Source: Candidatus Hadarchaeota archaeon (GTDB lineage: Archaea; CAYQAE01; CAYVLA01). Taken from it: a stretch of 13,089 nucleotides of DNA. Position numbers and translations under genes: made by a program. Under the pieces are notes generated by a model. It saw only the letters and a list, made by a program, of their open reading frames with translations. It was not told where the DNA came from and made no database searches. This document shows, piece by piece, positions 1-6,832 of the stretch. The DNA lies in contig CAYVLA010000088.1 in the NCBI GenBank assembly GCA_964452145.1, forward strand, positions 1 through 13,089, given 5' to 3'. The stretch's first letter is position 1. The number at the start of each line of letters is the position of its first letter.

Positions 1-61
1 CGCATAGAAGGGGGCCGCCGAGGGGCAGGGCCAACAGAAAGAAGGGGTAGATCCACTCCAC
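1..61 (-). CDS. 5' fragment of a probable membrane protein running off the left edge (MEWIYPFFLLALPLGGPLLC...)
   Basis: Read by hand: GTG at 61-59 and an open, hydrophobic frame to the window edge; GAGG a few nt upstream; TATA-like ATTTATAT at 108-101. Only 20 codons are visible. Confidence 0.45.
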   Translation of the reverse strand, partial: MEWIYPFFLLALPLGGPLLC

Positions 62-100
62 GGTGGTTTCCCTCGGGTGGCTCGGCGGGATCTTCCTGTG

Positions 101-108
101 ATATAAAT
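101..108 (-). promoter_or_regulatory. Putative archaeal TATA box for the gene starting at 61
   Basis: AT island in GC-rich DNA, reading ATTTATAT on the minus strand about 40 nt upstream of the GTG. It also reads ATATAAAT on +, so orientation is uncertain. Confidence 0.45.
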
Positions 109-170
109 CTATGTGGCATTCGACATTCGGACTCTGGGAGGAAGTGGCCGGCGCCCCAGGCTTCGACCCA

Positions 171-734
171 TCAGTCTTCCTTTATCATGAGTTCGTGAAC
201 GCATACGCCCTCTTCGGATTCCCTAGCGCAGGCCGCCCTCCTGCAGTAGATCCGGTCGTCCCCAAGCGACCTTTGGACAAAGCCAGCCATCATCCCATCC
301 ACCAAGACGTCGTATGGGCAGTAATCCAGCGAGAACCCCATGCGCCGGCAGGGACAGCCCTCTCTCTCAAATCGGGCGTAGAGACGAGACACCTTCGTCA
401 CCGATACCTTTGTGGAGATTGGAGCCAGCATCCTCGGGACCTGCTCCACCGCGGCCTCCCAGGTCCCCACATCCTCCATCTCAAGCTTGTCGGAGAGCTC
501 CACCCTCAGCTTATGCCCCATGATGACGCCAAGCCGATATATGAGCTTCTCCGAGTTGAGCCTCCACATGTCATGAAGGCTATCCAGCAACGTCGCCTCT
601 AGGAACAGAGGCACCTTCTCGTCCAGACTCTCGAAGAGGGGTAGTTCGGGCTTCGCCTCTATGGCCTCTCTGGCCCTTATCTTTTTGACCAGCCAGGAGA
701 TCCTGTCCTCCTTCACGATCGGATCCGGGCCCAT
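171..734 (-). CDS. Stand-alone V4R (4-vinyl reductase)-like domain protein, 187 aa
   Basis: V4R-type pattern: 'YRLGVIMG' helix, 'EGCPC', 'YC...GMMAGFV', and C-terminal 'C-x8-C' (ACARESEEGVCVHEL). ATG lies about 22-29 nt downstream of a TATA-like element. Confidence 0.75.
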   Translation of the reverse strand: MGPDPIVKEDRISWLVKKIRAREAIEAKPELPLFESLDEKVPLFLEATLLDSLHDMWRLNSEKLIYRLGVIMGHKLRVELSDKLEMEDVGTWEAAVEQVPRMLAPISTKVSVTKVSRLYARFEREGCPCRRMGFSLDYCPYDVLVDGMMAGFVQRSLGDDRIYCRRAACARESEEGVCVHELMIKED

Positions 735-753
735 CGAAGCGCGATCCGCCGAG

Positions 754-771
754 GATCAATAACTATCTTTC
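754..771 (-). promoter_or_regulatory. Putative BRE/TATA for the V4R gene (probably leaderless mRNA)
   Basis: Minus strand reads GAAAGATA-GTTATTGA; the TATA-like 8-mer at 763-756 is at canonical spacing from ATG 734. Confidence 0.4.
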
Positions 772-802
772 CAGGGAGATGCGGGAACCGGAGCACGCCC
801 CT

Positions 803-822
803 GAAACAAAACCGATTTATGG
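803..822 (+). promoter_or_regulatory. Putative BRE/TATA for tyrA
   Basis: GAAACAAAACCG-ATTTATGG: purine-rich tract followed by a TTTAT box about 30 nt before ATG 850. Confidence 0.5.
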
Positions 823-849
823 AATACTGCTGCCATCTTGGACAAGGGT

Positions 850-2193
850 ATGGAATTGCCTCATGCGAGCATGGCCCTTGTAGGGGGCTACGGCAGGATG
901 GGTGTTTGGATACTTGATTTCCTGTCGAGGGAAGGTCTCCTAGACCAACTATCGGTCACCGTCACAGGGCCCAGACTGGAGGCTGGCAGCAAGGTGGCTC
1001 AGCGTTACGGTTGTAGCTTCTCGACGGACAACCGCGAGGCCGCCGGCTCCGACTTCATCGTGGTGTGCACCTCCCTGAAGGCGGCACCCGCAGTCCTCGG
1101 CGAACTGGCACCCCACATCAGGAAGGGAACGGTGGTAATGGATATCTGTTCCGTCAAGAGCAACATCTGTTCGGCAGCGCAGAGGCTTCTCCCGGATGGA
1201 ACTGAGTACATCTCCGTGCATCCCATGTTCGGACCATCGGTGAGCAACCTCGAGGGACAGGTCGTGGTTCTAGTGCCCGTTAGAAACGGGCCCTTCTTTC
1301 CCCGTTTGAAGGCCATGCTCGAAAGCCATCACGCGCGAACCATAACAACGGATTTCCAGACACATGACTACGTCCTCGGAGTGGTCCAGTGCCTGACCCA
1401 CTTCGCCTACATTGCCGTTGGGGCAACCTTGAAGGATCTCGACTTCGACCTTAAGGAGTCTCGTTCCTTTTCGTCTCCCGTATACGAGCTGATGTTGGAC
1501 ATGATAGGGCGCATCCTTTCGGGAGACCCGATGATGTATGCTGAGATACAGATGTCGAATCCGTACTCCGCGAGAATAGAGGAGCTCTTCTTGGAGAACG
1601 CTGCCAGACTCAAGGCCGCGGTGGACTCCCGGAATGCGACGGACTTCTGTCGGATCATGGTCGAGGCAGCCAAGCATTATGATGATCTGGAGTCTGCATT
1701 CTCCAAGTCAAGCCGGGCCGTCTCGGCCTTGTACGATGAACTCATAAAGATCAAAGCGTCGGTCGGCAAGCAGATAGCCGTACGGAACGAGCTAACCGGG
1801 GCCGTCCATCTTGGTCTGCTGAGGGAGATGACAGCGGAGACCATCACCATTGGGGACGGAAAGAGGAAGATCGCTCTGAAGACCTCCAAAGTCACCCTTC
1901 TTCCCGAAGACGAGGTTAGGAGACTCAGGGCCGAGAAGTACGGAACCGTGCAGCGGGATCTATGCTTCGTCTTCGGCGACAGGGCCGATCCTCAGACCAT
2001 AGCTAGGATGATCGCACGAAGCGATGAGGAGCTGGCGTCCATTACGCCCATCGACGTATACCTTGGGCCAGGAATACCGATGGGCAAGAAGAGCATGACC
2101 TTCCGCCTAGCCTTCTTCGGGGACGTTGACGCCGATGCCGCGGAGAAGCGGGCCAGGGATCTCTTCACATCGATGGGGGCAACGGAAAGGTAG
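850..2193 (+). CDS. tyrA: Prephenate (cyclohexadienyl) dehydrogenase TyrA with a long C-terminal extension (Sm/SH3-like plus FDX-ACB-like modules); start ATG 850 preferred, TTG 838 possible
   Basis: Rossmann motif GGYGRMG, DICSVK, HPMFGP, HDYVLGVVQCLTHF, SPVY and YAEIQ..NP motifs of TyrA; located next to pheA, chorismate mutase and aroC. Confidence 0.95.
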   Translation: MELPHASMALVGGYGRMGVWILDFLSREGLLDQLSVTVTGPRLEAGSKVAQRYGCSFSTDNREAAGSDFIVVCTSLKAAPAVLGELAPHIRKGTVVMDICSVKSNICSAAQRLLPDGTEYISVHPMFGPSVSNLEGQVVVLVPVRNGPFFPRLKAMLESHHARTITTDFQTHDYVLGVVQCLTHFAYIAVGATLKDLDFDLKESRSFSSPVYELMLDMIGRILSGDPMMYAEIQMSNPYSARIEELFLENAARLKAAVDSRNATDFCRIMVEAAKHYDDLESAFSKSSRAVSALYDELIKIKASVGKQIAVRNELTGAVHLGLLREMTAETITIGDGKRKIALKTSKVTLLPEDEVRRLRAEKYGTVQRDLCFVFGDRADPQTIARMIARSDEELASITPIDVYLGPGIPMGKKSMTFRLAFFGDVDADAAEKRARDLFTSMGATER

Positions 2194-2992
2194 CCGAGGG
2201 ATAGGACCCCAGGACCTTGACCGAGCTACAGATGATCGACAGCTCACCTAACGCGTCTCGAACCTTCGGATGGGATGCGTGTCCGTCGAAATCGACGAAG
2301 AAGACATACTCGCCCAGGGCTCTCCTGGACGGCCGCGATTCGATTTTGGTGAGGTTTATGGACCTGGCGGCAAAGGGCCCGAGGGCTCTGTACAGCGCCC
2401 TGGGGCAATCCTTGACCGCGAAGATCACTGAGGTCTTGTCCTCTCCGCTGGGCGCCGGCATCTCTCGGCCCACCACTATGAACCTGGTGAAGCTCTCCTG
2501 GTCCTGTATGGATTCGGCCAGAATCCTCATACCGTAGATCTCAGCCGCCCTTCGACTGGAGACGGCGGCCGATGCAGGGTCACATGACGCAAGCTTCGCG
2601 CCTTGAGCAGTGCTGGAAGCCGTAACGATCTCACACTGGGGCAGTCTGCTCCTAAGGAAGCGTCTGCATTGAGCCAAGGCAGCGGGATGGGAGTAGACCC
2701 TCTTAACCTGGGGCAGTTCGGACCGGCTGACGAGGAGATGCTCGATCCTCAAGATGACCTCGCCGCAGATGGTGTTCTGTGTTTCCCTGAGAAGGTCTAG
2801 GGTATGGCCTATCGATCCTTCCAACGAGTTTTCGATTGCCACCAGGCCCAGATCAGCCTCGCCCTTAAGGGCCAGTATCGACTCTGGATCGTCCAGTAGA
2901 ACGATGTCAAATCGATCAAAGCGGCTTCCGTAGAGCATTGCTGCTTCCTCTGAGAAGGACCCCTCGGGCCCCAGGGTCGCGATCCTAGGCAC
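2165..2992 (-). CDS. pheA: Prephenate dehydratase with ACT domain, 275 aa
   Basis: LGPEGSFSEEAA, IENSLEG, SHPxALAQC, catalytic TRF, NLTKIESRP and LGSYP motifs. GTG start overlaps the chorismate mutase end by 8 nt. Confidence 0.96.
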   Translation of the reverse strand: MPRIATLGPEGSFSEEAAMLYGSRFDRFDIVLLDDPESILALKGEADLGLVAIENSLEGSIGHTLDLLRETQNTICGEVILRIEHLLVSRSELPQVKRVYSHPAALAQCRRFLRSRLPQCEIVTASSTAQGAKLASCDPASAAVSSRRAAEIYGMRILAESIQDQESFTRFIVVGREMPAPSGEDKTSVIFAVKDCPRALYRALGPFAARSINLTKIESRPSRRALGEYVFFVDFDGHASHPKVRDALGELSIICSSVKVLGSYPSATFPLPPSM

Positions 2993-3275
2993 TTCCTTTG
3001 GTCCTCCTCTGCTCCCTCTTCCCCGCTTCTATGAGCGTCCGAAATATCTCTTCGACAAGTCCCTCCTCAACTCCTGCTTGCCGCCCCATCTCCTTTGCAC
3101 GACGAATGACCATCTCCTCCACTTCCCTTATCTCGATGTCGATCCCCCTGGAGCACTTGGCCCGACCCATCTCGGATGAGAGGCGCATTCTCTCCGCGAC
3201 GGCTTCAACTATCCTCGAATCAACCTTGGCGATCCGCTTCCGTATCCTCTCTATCTCTCCGGAATCCTCCGTCAT
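2985..3275 (-). CDS. aroQ: Monofunctional chorismate mutase, AroQ (type II), 96 aa
   Basis: IERIRKRIAKVD...AERM...GRAK...E...EIFRTLIE..K.EQ pattern; sits between aroK and pheA, with an ATGA overlap with aroK. Confidence 0.9.
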   Translation of the reverse strand: MTEDSGEIERIRKRIAKVDSRIVEAVAERMRLSSEMGRAKCSRGIDIEIREVEEMVIRRAKEMGRQAGVEEGLVEEIFRTLIEAGKREQRRTKGSA

Positions 3276-4150
3276 TCCAGAACCCTCGAGCCTACGTTGT
3301 TCGTTCTCGTGATGATCACATCGTGGCCCAATTCGCTCCAGGCCCTTTTGACGGCCGTCCCGTCGTGTGTCAAGGCGACGAAGGCGGGCCCCTTTCCGGA
3401 AAGGCTCACGGCTAGCGCGCCGGCTCCGAGGGCCAGCATGGCAGGACTCGGATCGTATCCGAGGGAAGCGCAGTATATCAGACCGTTCAGAGTCATGGCT
3501 TTTAGGAGCTCTCCTCTCAGGGCCTCTTCGTGAGCGATCTGCACCTGGGGAGCCAGGAGTCTGAGTCTCGCCAGATCCACCCGGCCGGAGTAGGACTTCC
3601 GCCTAGGAACTAGCACTACGGCATCGCTTTGGGGCATGGGTTGGCGTCTCAGAATCCTTCTGTCCGAGTTGTCCGTCACAACGGCTCCTCCGTAAAAGGA
3701 CGCGCATGCGTCGTCGAATGCCCCTGTCACGGAGACCCGGCACTCCATGCTGGCATCTATCCCGATGCCTATCAGCTCTTCGCGATTCGGAGTCGCATGG
3801 CCCAGTTTGCGCAACGCCGAGGCCGCGGCGAGCACTGCCGCATTCGAACATGCGCTGCTGCTGGATAGGCCGCGGGCAATGGGGATATCTGATGCCGTTT
3901 CCACGACAGCGCCGTAGTTCCGTGCCACTGTCTGGAGGACCTTCCTGACGCAGACCTCGATCAGGTCGGTCTTCTCCTCATGGTCATCTGCTATCCTCCC
4001 CGACACCCTTCCAGTTTCGTTGAGCGAGACGCTGGCCGTCACCTTGAGGTCGATGGCAAAAGCTGCGCCCCGCCCGGTGGCCATGGCGTTGATAATGGTG
4101 CCGGCTCCGGGAGCCTCGGCCCTGCCTCTTGCCAACTCTTTTGCGGTCAA
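3272..4150 (-). CDS. aroK: Archaeal shikimate kinase (GHMP superfamily), 292 aa
   Basis: GAGTIINAMATGRGAAFAIDL N-terminus, PIARGLSSSSA GHMP loop, SVTGAFDDA, AMTLNG and LSGKGPA motifs. Confidence 0.94.
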   Translation of the reverse strand: MTAKELARGRAEAPGAGTIINAMATGRGAAFAIDLKVTASVSLNETGRVSGRIADDHEEKTDLIEVCVRKVLQTVARNYGAVVETASDIPIARGLSSSSACSNAAVLAAASALRKLGHATPNREELIGIGIDASMECRVSVTGAFDDACASFYGGAVVTDNSDRRILRRQPMPQSDAVVLVPRRKSYSGRVDLARLRLLAPQVQIAHEEALRGELLKAMTLNGLIYCASLGYDPSPAMLALGAGALAVSLSGKGPAFVALTHDGTAVKRAWSELGHDVIITRTNNVGSRVLE

Positions 4151-4170
4151 CCTGTCGCGGTTCTCAGGGG

Positions 4171-4188
4171 GAATTTAGTTAAATATTA
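4171..4188. promoter_or_regulatory. Overlapping divergent TATA elements for aroK (-) and aroC (+)
   Basis: Only AT-rich tract in the 69-bp spacer; contains the palindrome ATTTA-GT-TAAAT (4173-4184). Confidence 0.6.
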
Positions 4189-4219
4189 CCAGCCCTCTGT
4201 TCAACCGGGAAGGAATCGG

Positions 4220-5341
4220 ATGGCTGGAAGCACTTATGGCCAGGCCTTCAGGGTCACCACGTTCGGCGAAAGCCACGGACTTGCTGTGGGCGCGATCATT
4301 GATGGCTGCCCGGCAGGCTTGCCCTTGGGGGAGGAAGACATTCAGGTAGAACTCGATCGGAGGAGACCTGGGACCTCGGATCTAGTTTCGGGCAGGAAGG
4401 AGCCCGATCGCGTCAAGATGTTATCAGGGATCTTCCAGGGTACCACGATGGGAACACCCCTTGGGATGATCGTCTACAACCTCGACGCCGACCCATCGGC
4501 CTACAGGGAATTGGTCAACAGGCCCAGGCCCGGGCACGCCGATCTCACGTACAGCCTCAAGTACGGCAGGCGCGATCACAGGGGCGGTGGAAGGGCGTCC
4601 GGGAGGGAGACGGTCGGGCGCGTCCTGGGCGGGGCGGTGGCGAAGAAGTTGCTGCACCACACTCACGGGATAAGGATGGCTGGGCATGCCGTCCAGATCG
4701 GGGATGTCAGGTCCCGGAGCGATCTGGATTTCGAGTCAATGCTGTCGGCGTCCACCAGCGAGGTGTGTTGTGGGGATCCGGAGAAGGCCGGGGAGATGAT
4801 CCAGGCGATACGTGCAGCCGCCGAATCGGGGGATTCCCTCGGCGGAGTCGTCCAGATCGTGGTTAGGGGTGTGCCAGCTGGAGTAGGAGAGCCAGTCTTC
4901 GACAAACTCGACGCCGAGATCGCGAGAGCGATAATGTCGGTCGGATCGGTCAAGGGCATTGAGTTCGGTGCGGGGTTTGAACTGGTACGTATGAGAGGCT
5001 CTGAAGCCAACGATCCCATAGGCATCGTGGGCGGATCGCCCAGACTCCTGTCCAATCGGGCGGGCGGGATCTTGGGAGGCATCTCGACGGGCAACGACAT
5101 TGTCGTCAGGTTCGCTGTGAAACCCACTCCCTCCGTATCCCTGGTCCAACACACGCTCGACATGCTCTCCATGGAGAGTACGGAGGTCAGGATCTCCGGA
5201 AGACATGATCCTTGCATAGTCCCGAGGATCGTCCCCGTGGCGGAGGCCATGGTGGCCATCGCGTTGGCCGACCTCATGATCAGAGGGGGTTTCATCGACT
5301 CATGCAGGCTCGACCGCGACCGGCCCGACGAAGGTGGCTAG
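4220..5341 (+). CDS. aroC: Chorismate synthase, 373 aa (true start ATG 4220, not 3980)
   Basis: MAGSTYG..FRVTTFGESHG, RRRPG, RPGHAD, GGGRASGRET, GGILGGIS, KPTPS and RHDPC signature motifs. Confidence 0.97.
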   Translation: MAGSTYGQAFRVTTFGESHGLAVGAIIDGCPAGLPLGEEDIQVELDRRRPGTSDLVSGRKEPDRVKMLSGIFQGTTMGTPLGMIVYNLDADPSAYRELVNRPRPGHADLTYSLKYGRRDHRGGGRASGRETVGRVLGGAVAKKLLHHTHGIRMAGHAVQIGDVRSRSDLDFESMLSASTSEVCCGDPEKAGEMIQAIRAAAESGDSLGGVVQIVVRGVPAGVGEPVFDKLDAEIARAIMSVGSVKGIEFGAGFELVRMRGSEANDPIGIVGGSPRLLSNRAGGILGGISTGNDIVVRFAVKPTPSVSLVQHTLDMLSMESTEVRISGRHDPCIVPRIVPVAEAMVAIALADLMIRGGFIDSCRLDRDRPDEGG

Positions 5342-5687
5342 TCCAGACGGCCCGCATATCCGTCGTCCACTCGAAAACCCTTCGGCGGGCCTTCTGGCGG
5401 CGGACCCATTCACAGGTTCCTGCTTGTGCTCGCTCTCTCAGGGATCTGGTCAGAGCCCCCTTGCTTCTTCCGAAGACCGAGTTGACCTCGAGAAGCTTGC
5501 GGCATGGAAGATCGTGACAGAGCCCGCAGTGCTCAAAGCCTCGTGCCATGGCGCAGCTATGGACGGCGCATCTACCCCACCTGGAGCCCAGATCCGAACG
5601 ACAACCGTCGCAGGTCCCCTCGATGAAGCATAAGCATCGTCCACAGTACCTTCCGCAGTAGGCGGCGGGGGCAACCTCTATCTTCAA
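5292..5687 (-). CDS. Small Cys-rich protein, DUF3795-like, 131 aa
   Basis: CGxxCxxC...CxGC...CxxxxC...GxxHCGxCxxxPC pattern; TTG start overlaps the pyrF TGA (TTGA). Confidence 0.8.
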   Translation of the reverse strand: MKIEVAPAAYCGRYCGRCLCFIEGTCDGCRSDLGSRWGRCAVHSCAMARGFEHCGLCHDLPCRKLLEVNSVFGRSKGALTRSLRERAQAGTCEWVRRQKARRRVFEWTTDMRAVWTSHLRRAGRGRACMSR

Positions 5688-6349
5688 TTGCCACCCCTCT
5701 GGGGTCGCACCCTCTCCGCGATCTTCTGGGCAATGTCCTTCGCCGCAGCTCCGGGGTCGGCCGCGGCGCAGATCGCTCGCCCGACGATCTCGAAATCCGC
5801 CCCGTTCGCCACGGCATCCCCAGGATTGCCGCCTTGGGGACCTATCCCGGGAGAGAGGATGCTCATGGAACTCCCAATCGTTCTTCGGTACGACGCCAGC
5901 TTCTGGGGCCTGTTACCGGGTGCGACTATCCCGGACGCGCCGATCTCCTTCGCCATTCGGGCCATCTGCTGGGAATGCTTGGAGATGAACTGGAGCGATC
6001 CGGGATGGGTCATCTCCACTAGTACGTAGACATCGCCCCCCGCCTCCATGCAGGCCCGAATGCTGTCCTCCCCTGCGAAACCCTGGCATATGAGGCCCGA
6101 GGCTCCTGAAGAGAAGATTATCTCGCTTGCCATCCTGTTGGTGCTCGGGATATCCGACAGTTTGGCATCCACGATGACCGGTGCCAGCTCGGCGAGCCCC
6201 CGAACACCCTGGAGGCCTCTCTCGAGTATGACTGGCCAGTGAATCTTGATGGCATCTATCGACTTGGCCGCAGCCCGGGCAACCTTCGCAGCCCTCTCTA
6301 TCCCTATTACGTCCAGTGCAAGGATCACACGACTGTGGGGTTCAATCAA
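5684..6349 (-). CDS. pyrF: Orotidine-5'-phosphate decarboxylase, archaeal type, 221 aa (start TTG 6349)
   Basis: ILALD, DAIK, DAKLSDIPST (DxKxxD), EMTHPG, SPGIGPQGG and IVGR motifs. GGAGG Shine-Dalgarno right after the pyrI stop, preceding TTG 6349. Confidence 0.95.
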   Translation of the reverse strand: MIEPHSRVILALDVIGIERAAKVARAAAKSIDAIKIHWPVILERGLQGVRGLAELAPVIVDAKLSDIPSTNRMASEIIFSSGASGLICQGFAGEDSIRACMEAGGDVYVLVEMTHPGSLQFISKHSQQMARMAKEIGASGIVAPGNRPQKLASYRRTIGSSMSILSPGIGPQGGNPGDAVANGADFEIVGRAICAAADPGAAAKDIAQKIAERVRPQRGGN

Positions 6350-6360
6350 CCGTATCCCTC

Positions 6361-6831
6361 CTAGAACTGGTCGAGGATCTCCCGTTCCTCGAGAAACTTT
6401 CCGCAGTAACCACATCTCAGCCTCAGGGGCGAGCGAGATGCGACGGTGAAGGTGGGCACTATGGGCTCCCCCGCCCTCGTTATGCAGTTCGGGTTGATGC
6501 ACGCGACGGTGTCCTCAATCGACTTGGGCAGGGAGATTGTCATCTTCTTCTTCACCTGATAGTCCTGGATTATGTTGATTGTGGCGTCGGGGATGATCAG
6601 CGAGATCTTGTTCAGTTCCGACCTTCCCAGGCCCTTGCCCTCAACCTTGACGATGTCCTTCTTGCCCATTCTCGAGGAGGGCACATTCATGGCCATGCTG
6701 ACTATCTTGTCCGATTCCTTGGTGACTCCTAGGATCTTGAGGACGGCCAGCGCGTACCCAGGTTTTATGTGGTCGATCACCGTCCCGTTCATGATCTTCT
6801 TGACCCTGAGTTCCATGCCCTCCTCCGCCAT
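6361..6831 (-). CDS. pyrI: Aspartate carbamoyltransferase regulatory chain, 156 aa
   Basis: GTVIDHI, NVPSSRMGKKDIVKVE and zinc site CINPNCIT...CGYC. ATG lies 1 nt after the pyrB stop. Confidence 0.97.
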   Translation of the reverse strand: MAEEGMELRVKKIMNGTVIDHIKPGYALAVLKILGVTKESDKIVSMAMNVPSSRMGKKDIVKVEGKGLGRSELNKISLIIPDATINIIQDYQVKKKMTISLPKSIEDTVACINPNCITRAGEPIVPTFTVASRSPLRLRCGYCGKFLEEREILDQF

Positions 6832-6832
6832 C

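Noticed and set aside
134..159. CTGGG...CCCAG inverted repeat as an ncRNA or terminator
   Set aside because: Only a 5-bp stem in GC-rich DNA, with no U-tract or tRNA-like features.
111..602. 163-aa + strand ORF just after an ATATAAAT element
   Set aside because: Antisense to the V4R-like gene with no recognisable motifs; the AT element is better explained as the minus-strand promoter of the gene at 61.
3980..4219. 80-aa N-terminal extension of AroC in the ORF track
   Set aside because: Overlaps aroK and the promoter; chorismate synthases begin just before the TTFGESHG motif, matching ATG 4220.
6350..6502. N-terminal extension of PyrF, or a pyrI-pyrF frameshift fusion
   Set aside because: Overlaps the pyrI zinc domain in another frame; a good SD plus TTG at 6349 gives a normal-length PyrF.
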